Assembly: GCF_009914755.1 (NCBI RefSeq)
Contig: NC_060926.1
DNA length: 64,000 bases
Source: the human T2T-CHM13v2.0 reference genome, Homo sapiens
Reading direction: 5' to 3' (one strand)
A program made the translations under genes and the position numbers. Positions 44,407-56,552 of the stretch are shown here, one piece after another. How positions within the stretch are numbered: position 1 is the first letter of the stretch; each line of letters opens with the position of its first letter. Under the pieces are notes generated by a model. The model was not told the DNA's origin and did not search any database. It was given only the letters and a program-made list of their open reading frames with translations.

Positions 44407-44560
44407 GTAGTGGAAATGGGGTAGAAGGCCAGCACAGCTTGGCATTCCTGGAGTGTGATGTGGAAGGAAAAGTGCAGAGGAAGACAAACAAAGATGTAAG
44501 TTGGCTTGACTCAGTGCAGCTAAGAACCCAGATGTTATCTTGATGTTATCTATCAGCTAA
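44398..44560 (+). repeat. Array-flanking unique segment, copy 2
   Basis: tagtggaaatggggtagaaggccagcacagcttggcattcctggagtgtgatgtg...aagatgtaagttggcttgactcagtgcagctaagaacccagatgttatcttga. Confidence 0.95.
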
Positions 44561-44680
44561 TTTTTTGTAGTTTAGTAGAGAAGGGGTTTTACCACATTGG
44601 CCAGGATTGTCTGGATCTCCTGACCTCATGATCCACGCACCTCAGCCTCCCAAAGTGATGGGATTAGAGGCATGAGCCAC
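44554..44680 (-). mobile_element. Half Alu (left arm, AluSc-like), truncated at the linker
   Basis: cagctaattttttgtagtttagtagag...ggccaggattgtctggatctcctgacctcatgatcc...ggcatgagccac; right arm and tail are absent. Confidence 0.85.
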
Positions 44681-45628
44681 AAAGTGCTCAAAAAATCTAT
44701 TAATTAAAAAATGTGTATGTAGCCGTCTTTAATCTACCATGTCCATTAGCAGATAAATACTATAAGCAAAATAGCAACAATGAGAGAAACATAGACTTAG
44801 AGTAGATACTCTGATTTATTTAATAAAAATTTGAAAATAGACCAAATTATGATAAAAAAAAATCTGTTGCTATTGAGGATGAGGGTTAGTGTTTGGAAAG
44901 GGGCAGGAGAAGTATCACTATTTTTAGTAATGTTCTATTTTCATACATGGTTATAAGCAAATACATGTGTTTCATTAATGAAGCTATCCATATTTAATCA
45001 TTGTACTTTTCTGCATGTATGATATATGTCAATAAATGTCTTATATACAGCAAAAATAGACAAAACCACAAGAAGACATACACAAATGTTAAACCTAGAG
45101 AGAAATTTGAATATAAGTAAGTCTCTGAATGACTGCTAGAACAAACCGAAAAATAGGATGGAGAGGTTTGGAACAGCATGATTAGCAAAATGGACATATC
45201 TGTCTTTTAATATAGGCAGAAACATAGTTAGATAAAAAAAGGACTTGTCTCAGAGCATGATTTCTGAAAATAGTGGAATCGAGTTTGAATCTAGTAAGTA
45301 CATATAAATAAATGTCTTAAAACTCCTCTTATGTTAGCTAATTAAGAAACATTATTGTAATAGACATTAGAAAATATTTTAATAAATTGAGTGGATTTAA
45401 CACGCTAAGGAAATGATCTTACTTGCATTTGATAGTTCAATTAGATACATATACACCTATAGGTAGTTTAAAATATTTCTAATAACCTTATATACTTTTA
45501 AAAAGCATTGATATCTGTTTGCACTATCTGGTCTATAGAGTACACATACCAAACATGATTATAGCTCTTCTGCTATAAACTTCAAATGTCTAAGTAATAC
45601 AAAAATCTAGAATGAGAAGAGTTCTTTG

Positions 45629-45630
<2 letters not shown>

Positions 45631-45664
<34 letters not shown>
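45631..45664. repeat. Poly(T)34 homopolymer
   Basis: 34 consecutive T. Confidence 0.9.
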
Positions 45665-45667
<3 letters not shown>

Positions 45668-45734
45668 AAATAGAATATAGGAAGGATAGCTGCAAATATA
45701 CCTGACACACTTATCTGTGAGTATGGTGGTAGCC

Positions 45735-46032
45735 TTTTTATTTTATTTTATTTTTCAGAGAGGGTTTCACTTTGTCACCCAAGATGGGGTGCATTCATGT
45801 GATCAGAGCTCACTGAAGCCTTCACATACTGTGCTCAAGCGATTCTCCCACCTCAGTCTCCTGAGTAGCAGGGACTGCAAGTGCATGACACCATACTAGC
45901 TAATTTTTGTAAAGATGGGGTTTCACCATGTTGCCCTGGCTGATCTCCAACTCCTGGACTCAAGAGATCTGGCCACCTTGGCCTCCCAAAGTGCTGGGAT
46001 TATAGATTTGAGGCACCGCGATCAGCCCAGCC
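45735..46032 (-). mobile_element. AluJ
   Basis: (TTTTA)n tail, ctcaagcgattctcccacctcag...ctcctggactcaagagatc...cccaaagtgctgggattata...gcccagcc. Confidence 0.88.
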
Positions 46033-47787
46033 TTAAAAAAGGGTGACTAGAGATCTTTATCTATGTATATCTGTCTATAAAATAAACATATGTGTTTCTT
46101 ATATAGAAATATATACTATTAATATTATATAAAAATTTTTTTCAAGGTAGAAATATATAAAGAGGGTGCATGTAGAGCCTGGAGCATTGTGTAGTGAAGC
46201 TCAAGGCCTCTGAAGAAATGACCCTTGCCTCTTTTGTCTGGGCTAGAATCCGAGAAGGGAAAGCAGCAGATGCACTGGTTCCCAGGTTCTTGGCATCCTA
46301 CAGAGAGAAACTTGTTTGAGCTAGGGTAGCGTTAAACACCCTTGTTCTTACTCTCCTGTTTTATGTAGTGAGCAGAGACTAGCTTCATGAGAACAGACTG
46401 TGACAGCCAAGGCTGTCTGTTATTTTGTGCAGCATTAATTGAGAAATTCTAGCACCTGAAGACCTCTGGGCCATTTGAGGGTAGGTGCAGGGGAGGAAAG
46501 GGAAGTTTGCATCCCTCATGCTGTGGAGAGAACCTGTGGGGAGCACAGACCTTGTCCTAACTGAAGGCAGACCCCCTTGCTAACCAGATTCTCATCAGCC
46601 AACCCTGGATGAGTTTCTATGTCTATTTACTAAATAATCCTCATTGCTTTTCTTCACATGGGCAAAGTATGGTTTGCAGGGAATATTGTTCCTTTGAACA
46701 CCCATCATGGAAAACCCTTCCTGTTGTGGGAAAACAGGCTTCCATATGTGTCTTATTGGGAAACACATAGGCAATTTCTATGTTTTTACTGCATCTATTT
46801 CAGGGATATGGGAACTGAATAGTGCCCATCAAAGGCTCACCTGATGTTGGAAATTGATCTGAGAGCGCGGAAGGACATAATTCTTTCTTTGTTCCTGGGC
46901 AGCGGTGGTTGAGGGTTCACTTTGTGGCAGCTACAGTGGCAATGATGGAGGCAGAATGGAGGGCTCAGTACCAAGACAAGGAGAGACTTGGCCTCACAAT
47001 GGCAGCATTGCAGGGGTGCGCTCTACAGAGCATTTGCTCACATGGTTTTGGGCATTGTCTCTAACTACATTGCTTCCCCAATAGGTTGACCCATTCTAAC
47101 TAACTCCTTTTCTCTTTAAAAAAGCAAACTTCATTTGTATGACTTGCAATTGTAAACGACACCAATTGGCCAGTTATCATTCAAATTCTCTGTTACTTAA
47201 TCCTGCCTTTTCCTGACGTATGCAAATTTGCCCTAAAAAATTGGACACTTTGTTGCTTACTCATTGTCTTTACACATTTTAAAATGTTGCTTTAGGCCCC
47301 AATCCCTAACTACATTTTCAATGTTTTGCAAGTGGAGTCCATGTGTTCTTGATTTACATGAAGCTCAAAATAATGGTTATAGTAACTAGTACTTCATAAT
47401 TAAGCAAAAAGCTCTTATTGAAAAATGACAGAACTATACATAGGGATGACAACATGGAGAGATATTTCGTGAGATCACAAACTTATGGTATAGCAGAAGT
47501 AGAACGCTGAGTAGAGACTCTGTGTTCCTAATCATTATTTCTACCACCAGCTTTCTATTTTGATGTTAATAATGTTCTTATGTGGGAAACCCTACATATT
47601 TGCCAATGTTTAGTTCATTGACAAAGAAATAGAAAGAGCTTCAAGAACACTCGAATCTTTAAAAAATAAAATACCTATAATTGGCCATACGAAATAATTG
47701 GTACTTGACATATACTGAGATCGTTTTATTTTGTGCTAGATAAATGAAGTCATAGAACAGAATGTGCTTTAAATATTATGAATAGTG

Positions 47788-47789
<2 letters not shown>

Positions 47790-47834
<45 letters not shown>
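47790..47834. repeat. (TG)n microsatellite (~22 units)
   Basis: Pure gt run. Confidence 0.95.
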
Positions 47835-47835
<1 letters not shown>

Positions 47836-50019
47836 TATAGATGCATATTAGGCCACTGAAAAGTTTTATTATTCTTTCCAGGAGAGAGACTGCCAACTTT
47901 TGAACCTAACTAGAACAATATATTGCTTCTTCATATTTTGATTAAGGCAAAGAGAGTCTAGTTAAAAATAATTCAACTTGTCGTGGAAATGCTATAAATT
48001 GCTGTGAAGTGAGTTGCTGGCTATGGCTTGTCAGAGTAAATATATTGTACAAATCTTAGGGGAGAATCAGTGCTCGTGCATTAAAATCAAATCATCTTGC
48101 AGCACACTGAGAAAAAGGTTAGATTTTTAAAATAATTTCAAAGTCATGAAAAGAGCAAATATGCTCCACAAAGAGCCTAGCAACCCTCAATGACCAATGC
48201 CCCTTTTATATAGTTTGGTATCTGAATTAGAATCCCAGAATCTACAAATTCCTCTGGGTGAGGGTGCTGCATTTTGAGGATTTTATAACACTGCCATCAC
48301 CAAGCTCTCTTTTGATATTCACTTTAAGGAGATAATTTACGGGCAACCAGAGAGCATAAACCAAAGTAGATATCTAACTAGATAGCTAGATACATCTCCA
48401 TATCATTGACAGGATACATTCTGGCCGAGTGTGAGTACAACCTATGGATGTGGTTGGAGAGAACATGTGTTCCACCTCAATGGCAGATCAGGATTATTCC
48501 TTCTCATCTGCTGCAATGGCTCAATGTGTTAAGGAGAGGAGCGAGACAGCAAGAACCGCATTCATTCAGTCATACAGACCAAAAGGAGGAATGTCGCCCA
48601 GCCCTCTAAACTGACCCAGAACCCAGCTCATGTCTCAACTGCTACCTCTCCTACTTAGAAAGAAGTAACTCCACCAAAGCAGGGTTCTGGACAAATATAT
48701 TTTTATTGATCATATACAAATAGATGAAGATGGACTTGGATGTTAAGAAAAATAATACTATACAAAATCAAGAGTAGACAGTCGCCCCTAGACTTAAATT
48801 AAGGGTGTGTCCATTAGATAATTTAATCCAATGTATCAGGTAAAAACTTGAACGAACCTTTTAGCCTCTTCCTTAAAATTCAGGAAAGCATGTCCTCCAC
48901 AAAACAAAATCAAAATATAAATAAAAGACTGGCTTAAGATGAAAGGAAACCTTACAAATGAAAAGAAGCCAGATGAGAGGCCCTTAACTGAGAATGAAAA
49001 GAAATTGAGTGGACAAAATAATTATGAGATGAACCTTCAAATCAGAAAAGAGGGAAAAAAGCTTATTTGATACTATGGGAACTCAAAAGAGAGTGAACAA
49101 AAATGTGAAAATTCCAGGAGTACAGAAAAGTAGCATGGCTAAATTAAGAGCATGAGAAAATGTATACAATTTTGAGTAATAAGAACAGAAATCAAAAGTA
49201 ACTGTTGTATGTTATATTTTAGTAGAGGAACACTGAAGAAGAATGAAAACAAGAAATAATATTAAATATGAACATATGGAGAACAGAATAATATTTTTAA
49301 AATTTTTAGTTTCTAAGCTTATCTGAAATTTTAATTTTGTTTTCTTATGTAATACCAGAGTTATTAGGAAGGTATTATCTACTAACACTATTTTCAGTGA
49401 TATTTTAAGTAGTTGTCCTAGTTAAATTTCTATTTTTTAAAAATGTATATTTAAAAATACATTAAATGTGTATATACATCAATCATATGTATCGATTTCT
49501 GTTTTTCTTGAATTGCAAATGAAATTTGTATTTTTGTGTTCCTGGAATAAAATAAACTTGAATGGATTGTAATATTTTATTCATGCTGTAATTCAATGTA
49601 TTTGAATTCTTTAAGAATGTTACATTTATAGTTAACAGACACTGACCTATAAATTTTCTGTCATATAATGATGCTGTGAGACAATCTAAGAAGAATTAAA
49701 ATTTAAATTCATGTATTCCTACTTTTTTCTCTGTTCTCTAACTGTAATATATTTTAATTACAGATGGAGGAACAGACAGATGTTAGATAAATAGATATAT
49801 AATATATAGATCATCCAAAATTCTTATTCTTATGGTTTTATGTAGTCAGTATTTACCTCTATTTTTCTACATGTTTATCCTTCCAATTTAGTTCATTATT
49901 TCCTGCACCTTTGATTTCATATATATAAACAGGAAATAACACATGGTGGCCGTTATGTAGAGAGAGCCACAGGACTTGTGAATAAAATCCACAGGCAAGG
50001 ACGTGGCGATTCGTTTTGC

Positions 50020-50668
50020 AATATTGGAGGGAATGCCAAACCCTATGTTTGCTGTGGAAAAGAGTATGGTAGTTCCTCAAAACATCAAAATGGTATTGCC
50101 TTACGATTCAGCAGCCCCACATCTCAAGACAGCAAAAGAATTGAAAGCAGAGTCTTGAAAAAATATTTGCACATCCATGTTTGCAGCAGCATTATTGGCA
50201 ATAGCTAAAACGTAGAAGCAATTGAAGTGTCCAACAACAGACGAATGGATATGCAAAACATGATATATACATACAATGGAAAATCATTCAGCCTTAAACA
50301 TGAGGGAAATATTCAGACATATGTTGCATCTTGGATGAAACTTGAGGATATTATGCCAAGTGAAATAAGTTAGTCAGTGAAGGACAAATACAGTACAATT
50401 CCATTTGTATAAGAGACTTAAACTGGACAGAATCATAGAGATAGTACAATGATGAATGCCAGAAGCTGGGGGGAGGAAGACATGGGAAAGTACTGTTTAA
50501 TGGGTATAGAGTTTCAGTTTCACAAGATGAAACGAGTTATGGAGATGGATGGTAGGGACGGCTGCACAATGTTATGACTATATTTAGTACCACTGAACTG
50601 TACATTTAAAATGGTTAACAGAGTACATTTTATGTTATGTGTATTTTACCACAATAAAAAAATAAAAT
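50020..50668 (+). mobile_element. L1MB (MB3-like) 3' end
   Basis: ctgtggaaaagagtatggtagttcctcaaaa...ggatgaaacttgaggatattatgccaagtgaaataag...tgtttaatgggtatagagtttcagttt...cactgaactgtacatttaaaatggttaa...ttttaccacaataaaaa. Confidence 0.88.
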
Positions 50669-52379
50669 ACCTTAGGAACATTTTCCTGAAAGAGTCCACA
50701 TAAAATTCATTTTAATGCATGTGTTTATGCATAGCTTTCTATTTTTCTCTTTTCTATTTATATTCCAAATTAGAATATAATGCTAATCAAGCATAGTGGC
50801 TGTGTTTCTTGCTTCCTCTAGTCTGCAGGTAGCATACAAATGTAAGAAACTACTCATTAATGTCACATCTATTTATTTTCTGCCTTATACCAAGCTTGTG
50901 GGATTCTCTTAAATACAACATTTTTATACTTACACCTATGAAATACCCATTAACATCGCCTTCCTAAATCAGTGAAAATTGAGTCTCTGTAAGGTGCAGT
51001 AACTTACTAAGATACAAAACTCAGCATTTAAGTCTGTATACTTCAATATCCTGCCCTCTTCTCATTTGTCTTTACTGCCTTTTATGTATGTGTTAGATGT
51101 TCAATAAATTCTCTTTTTTAAACTGAATTTAAGCCGTGGAGCAGTGTTTTGTTGAACAATAAATATGATATTGGACACTCTTCCTCCCTTTCATTTACGA
51201 TCCTGTTCAAGAAAAAGAGAAATTCTTTCATTGCGCTAGAAGCTTAAAATAATGAAAATGCCACTTTCTACATTAAACAGAAACTGAAGGGAATCAAGGT
51301 GAATTGGATGAGACATAGAAAACAAGTGGGAAATAAATCTAGTATAATTTCCCCTTTGTGTACCTTTGTTATTTAGCATTTGAGAAAATTTTTCCCCCAA
51401 ATATCTTCCCATCTTAATTCATGTCTATAAAGTAGACATTTATGCCTCACCTTGTCAAGAAGGGCAAACTCTAACATAAACATTTCCCAAAAATGCTTCC
51501 TGCTAAAACATAAGCTCGGTCTGGCTAGAAATTAAGCTCACTTCATAAAAATTAATTGGTAGCTAATCTTTGCATGCTGTTCTCTGAACTTGAGTGAAAG
51601 CTGTCCATCAGGCATACAGGGAATGACGGAAAAGGTGACAACAGAAGATGAATGCTATGTCACTAACCTTCAAAGATGACCTTCCTTTTCTTTCAAATTC
51701 TTGATGTCTTAAGATTTCATTAATTCATCTTTCTTTGCCCTTGGTTCAACATTGTGCTATACCAAAACTCATGTAAAACGATGATGTATTGTAATAAAAA
51801 TGGCATTTTTCTTTCATGTAGATGCAAGCTATGTGGCATTTTTACAATCGACATACTTCCGTTGTCAATTTTTCATTCTGTATTGGAAGTAATTGATAGG
51901 TATTTCTGAAGGAATGAAGGTATTTCTGTGTTCATTGTGATCCAAACTTTTTTTAGACCTAGTGGTGTTTGTAAAACAATTTGTGCCAGCTGACCAAGGA
52001 CCACTGTGGCAGAAAGCAGCAAACTTGCATAAGATGTCACTGCCTCATCAGTTGGCTTTGAAAACTAGGGGCTTATTCTATAGTCCTCTGAATCAAAGAC
52101 ATTGATAGATGTAGTATAAGATTACAATCATACTTTCCTTTTGACAGTCACATTATAAAGCATGATGTATTGCAATTAATCTCAATTAGCTGATCACAAT
52201 TAAAATTAATAGCTTATTATTGCTGATAAAAAATCATGACTCTCCTGTTCTCAAATGTGCAAGTAATTCTTGTAATTTTAATACAAATGTGCATATTATT
52301 ACTAATTGATTTAATCTCATTGTATTTGGTTCATGGATCCAATTTATTAAAATATTGATAGTGTGGTAATGATTTGTCT

Positions 52380-52715
52380 CCCCATTTCATTTACACTAAA
52401 AGACACAATTCGTACAATGGTCTGCAAGCCCATCATGATCTGCCGCATGTTAACCGCCAAAATTCTTTTATGTCTTCACCCTTGACCTTACCAGTGGTCC
52501 TGTCCACCTCACTGTCCTCTGGACATGCCAACATGCTGCTGTCTTATGACCAAGACTCTAGTTAATTTCTTGGCTTTGAAAGAAATCCCCCCATATATCC
52601 ATTGATCAGCTCATTCGACTCCTCAAATCTTTACTGAAACCTCACATTCTCGATGAGACCTATTCAGTATTTCAAACTGCCTCCCAGCTGAAACATTCCA
52701 AAACCCCTTAGTCTT
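52380..52715 (+). mobile_element. L2 fragment
   Basis: acaatggtctgcaagccc...atgatctgcc...ctcactgtcctctggac...cctcaaatctttactgaaacctcacattctcgatgagacct. Confidence 0.55.
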
Positions 52716-52724
52716 CTGTGTATT

Positions 52725-55290
52725 TTTGAAAGGATTTATTGAGATATAATTTACATAGTGTAGAGTGCACATATTAATGTCTACAAGTCAATGGCTTTTA
52801 GTATATACGCAGATAAGTGGAGCCATCATCACAATGAATTTTAGAGCATTTTCATCACTTCAAAAAGAAACCCCACTTTCTCTAGCTGTTAACCTCCTAT
52901 GCACTCATCCCCTACTCAATCCTAAGCAACCACAAATCTGTTTTCTGTCTCTGTAGATTTTCCTATTCTATTTTCATCTAAATAGAATCATACAATAGGT
53001 GGCCTTTTGTGCCTGGCTTCTTTCAGTTGGCATAATGCTATCAAGGTTCATATGCGTATCGGTACTTTATTTGTTTTTATACCTGTATAACATTCAATTT
53101 CATGGATATGACATTTTGTTTATCCAATAATATTTTTATTGACATTTGAGTTGTGTTCAGCCTTTGGCTATTTTAAATACTGCTGCTAAAAATACTTGTG
53201 TACAATTTGTGTTTGAACACCTCTTTCCAATAATCTAGGTGTATACCTGGGAATAAATTTCTGGGTCATATGACAATTCTATGTTTAATATATTTAGAAG
53301 CCATCAACCTATTTTCCAAAGTGGCCAGTTCTAGCCATAGCGTATCTAACTGTGGTTTTGATTTGTAGTTGCCTGATGAGTGATGCTGTTGAGTATCTTT
53401 TTATGGGATTATTGACCGTTCGTGTATCTTCTTGGAAAACACATCTATTCCTATCGTTTATCAGTTTTGAGTTGGGATATTTGTTACTGAGTTAAAACAA
53501 TTTTTCTATATTCAAGATACATATATATGCAGACATATAGATATGTGTTTTTCAAATATTTTCTCACAATTTTTGAGCTGCCTTTTGACTTGCTTGGTTG
53601 TCCTTTGAAACACCAATGTCTTTAATTTTTAAGAAATTTTAAATATCTAATTTTTATTTTGTTGCTCATGTTTTTGGTGTTACAGCTATTTCTTTGCTAG
53701 ATCCAAAATCCTGAAGATTTTCCCATATGCTTTATTCTAGCTCTTGCATGTATGTCTTTAATTCATTTGAGTTAATATTTTTGTATGCTTTGGGGTAAGG
53801 GTTCCAGTTTATTATTTTGCAAGTGGCGATCCACGTGTACGCTGTTGACCCAGTTTGTTCAAAGACTGTCCCTTCCTCATTGAATTGCACATGGCACCAC
53901 TGTAAGAATCCATTGACTATAGACACATAGTTTTATATATGGACTCTCAATTCTCTTCCATCAATCTATATATTTTTCTTTCATCAGTATTGTGTTGTCT
54001 TGATTACTGATGCCTTGCCGTAAGGTTTGGAGCACGGGGGTGTGAATTATCCTAATATGTTTTCTTTTTTCAAGACTATTTTGTCTATTTTGGGTCCCTT
54101 ACATTCCCATGTGTATTTTAGAATCAGCTTGTCAGTTTCTAGACAGAAGTCTGTTGGGATACTTGCAGGGATTACGTCAAATCTGTAGTTCAACTTGAAA
54201 GTACTACAATATTAAATCTTCCAATTCATGGCTGTAAGATATTTGCTAATTATTTAGATCTTCTTTAAACAATAATTTTTAATTTTCCGAGTAAAATCTT
54301 GTATCACATTTTCCAAATTAATTATTATTTCTTTTTTTGGTGCTATTTTAAATTGAAGTGTTTTCTTAATTTCATTTTTGGGTTTTCATTGTAGATGTGT
54401 GCAATTGATTTTTGTAGATTTATCTTGTATGCTGTAATATTGCTGAAATAATTTACTAGTTCTATTGTTCAGTGAATTCCTTAAAATTTTCTATATACAA
54501 GAATATTATTTTCAAATAAAGTTTTATTTCTTCCTGTTCAATATGGTTGACTCTTTTTTTTTAGTTGCCGACTTGCCCTGCATAAAATCTTTAGTACAGT
54601 GTTGACTAGAAGAGCTCAAAGTATATATCCTATTCCTATCTCTGACCATAGCGGGAAAGCATCCTTTACCATTAAGTTGCATTCTTGCTGTTGGCTTTTC
54701 ACAGGTGCCATGTATCTGGTGTTGAAAGTTCTCTATTCCTGGTTCATTGAGTTTTTATTTTTATTTTTAATCATTAAAGCATTTGGATTTTGTTAAATGT
54801 CTTTTCTGAATCTATCGACATGATCATGCAATTCTTGTTTCTTATTCTATGGATAAGATGTATTACCTTAATGGATTTTGGGCTGTTAAACCAACCTGAG
54901 ATTACTAGTATAAATTTCACTTTGTCATAGTGTATAATTCTTGTATATGTTGCTAGATCTGATTTGTTAGTAGTTTTTAAGGAATTTTGCATTTATACTT
55001 ATAGTAGTTTTATTTTTCTATGCTATTTGGACTAATTTTTGTATCAAGGTAACACTGGCCCCATAGAATAAATTGGGAAGTGAATATTTCTCTTTTTTAA
55101 AAAAGTCAGTCAAGAATTAATATTAATTAGTCAATACTAACAAATATGATTAATATTATAAATTATTAATTTCTCTAATTTTTATTTTCTTCCTTCTGCT
55201 TGCTTTAGGTTTAGTTTGCTATTCTTTCCAGTGCCTTAATGTGGAAGGTTATCTTATCTCATCCTTTCCTTTGTCTTTTCATTTTCGAAA
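52725..55290 (-). mobile_element. L1MB/L1M4 3'UTR plus ORF2 fragments
   Basis: tttattgagatataatttacata...ttttagagcattttcatcac...aatagaatcatacaataggtggccttttgtgcctggcttc; ORF 54774..54992(-) RIIHYDKVKFI...NCMIMSIDSEKTFNKIQ is degraded L1 RT. Confidence 0.85.
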
Positions 55291-55299
55291 TAGTGTCTT

Positions 55300-55646
55300 T
55301 TTAGCATCAGGTGAGCTCCCCAGGTTGGTAGTACTCCATGTTTATTGCTGTACAACAATGACAGGTAATATGTCCTGAAGACAATGGAAATTTAACATTC
55401 AAAATCCTCCTAGATTCCACCTTATGTGATATGTCTCTTCCTTTGATTGGTCCTAATTTCTACCCTTTCTCTATTATAAACCATGAGTACAATGGCATTC
55501 AATGACTTTTGTGAGTCTTTTTAGTAAATTCTTGAAACTGAGGGTGTTCTTGGGAAACCCCTGAACTGGCAATTGGTGACAAAAGTGCGAATCATCTTAT
55601 ATGGCCTCTTCCTTTGAACTTTGCAGCTGGACCCAAACTCTGCACA
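55300..55646 (+). mobile_element. ERVL LTR fragment (MER21-like)
   Basis: tcctgaagacaatggaaa...ataaaccatgagtacaat...gtgagtctttttagtaaattcttgaaactgagggtgttcttgggaaacccctgaact. Confidence 0.7.
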
Positions 55647-56210
55647 ATTTGGGGCAGAAGTCTCGTGTTGACTTTGCAGCCTAAATTATCTTGTAGTTTG
55701 TCTAACCCTCAATAAATTTGTTTTCATCAAATATTGTATTTGTTACCCCACAATTACCATCATGGTTTTTTCTCCAAATAACTAACATTGGGAGAAATAG
55801 CCAGCTGAATCTGTAACTCAACAGAAACAAGTGATCCATATACCATATAAGTGGCCATTTCATTTTGCCTCCTTCCACCAGATCTTAGCAACCTCAACCA
55901 TTGCCATGAGCCACTGTAGGCCTACCATCTACAAACAGACAAGTATCTTTTAAAAAGACTTCATACTCCCATTTGATAAATTTCCCAGCAAAGAGATGCT
56001 TACTTTAACTCTATGCAAGTGGCTCATATTCTCAAAGTCTGGAGATATTATTCATGTAGTGTGAGAAAATCATCCCAGCGATGCCAGCACATTCTCCTTC
56101 CCATGATCTGCTTACTTTGCAAAGATATTCAGGCCATAGGTGAGAGATTTGTATTTCAAAGTACAACAATTTTATGGAGGTCATTGAAACTTAGATTTAG
56201 CATTTTAGCA

Positions 56211-56552
56211 CAGTCACGCATCACTGAATGACAGGGATACGTTCTAACAGATGCATCCATAGGCAATTTCATCATTTTGCCAACGTCAGAGAGAATATTA
56301 CAAACACCTAGTTTGTACAGCCTACCACGTTTAGGTTATATGGTATAGCCTCTCTCCCCTAGGCTACAAACCTGTGTACTACATTACTATACTGAATACT
56401 GCAGGCAATAAGAACACAGTGGTAAGAGTTTATGTATCTAAACATACTTAAACATAGAAAAGAATGTAAAAATATGTATTATAATCTCATGGGACCACTT
56501 TTGTATATGTAATCCATCTTTGACTGAAATGTTATTATACATGACATGACTC
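56211..56552. mobile_element. Tigger3a/MER7 DNA-transposon MITE
   Basis: TIR-like cagtcacgcatcactgaatgacagggatacgttct ... gttattatacatgacatgactc; internal cctaggctacaaacctgtg...actgaatactgcaggcaat. Confidence 0.85.

Noticed and set aside
43051-44543. ORFs up to 380 aa over array 2
   Set aside because: Same compositional artefact as in array 1.
47212-47230. Adjacent CRE-like TGACGTA and octamer ATGCAAAT
   Set aside because: Single short motifs are expected by chance in 64 kb of AT-rich DNA; no associated Ig leader exon or snRNA gene was seen.
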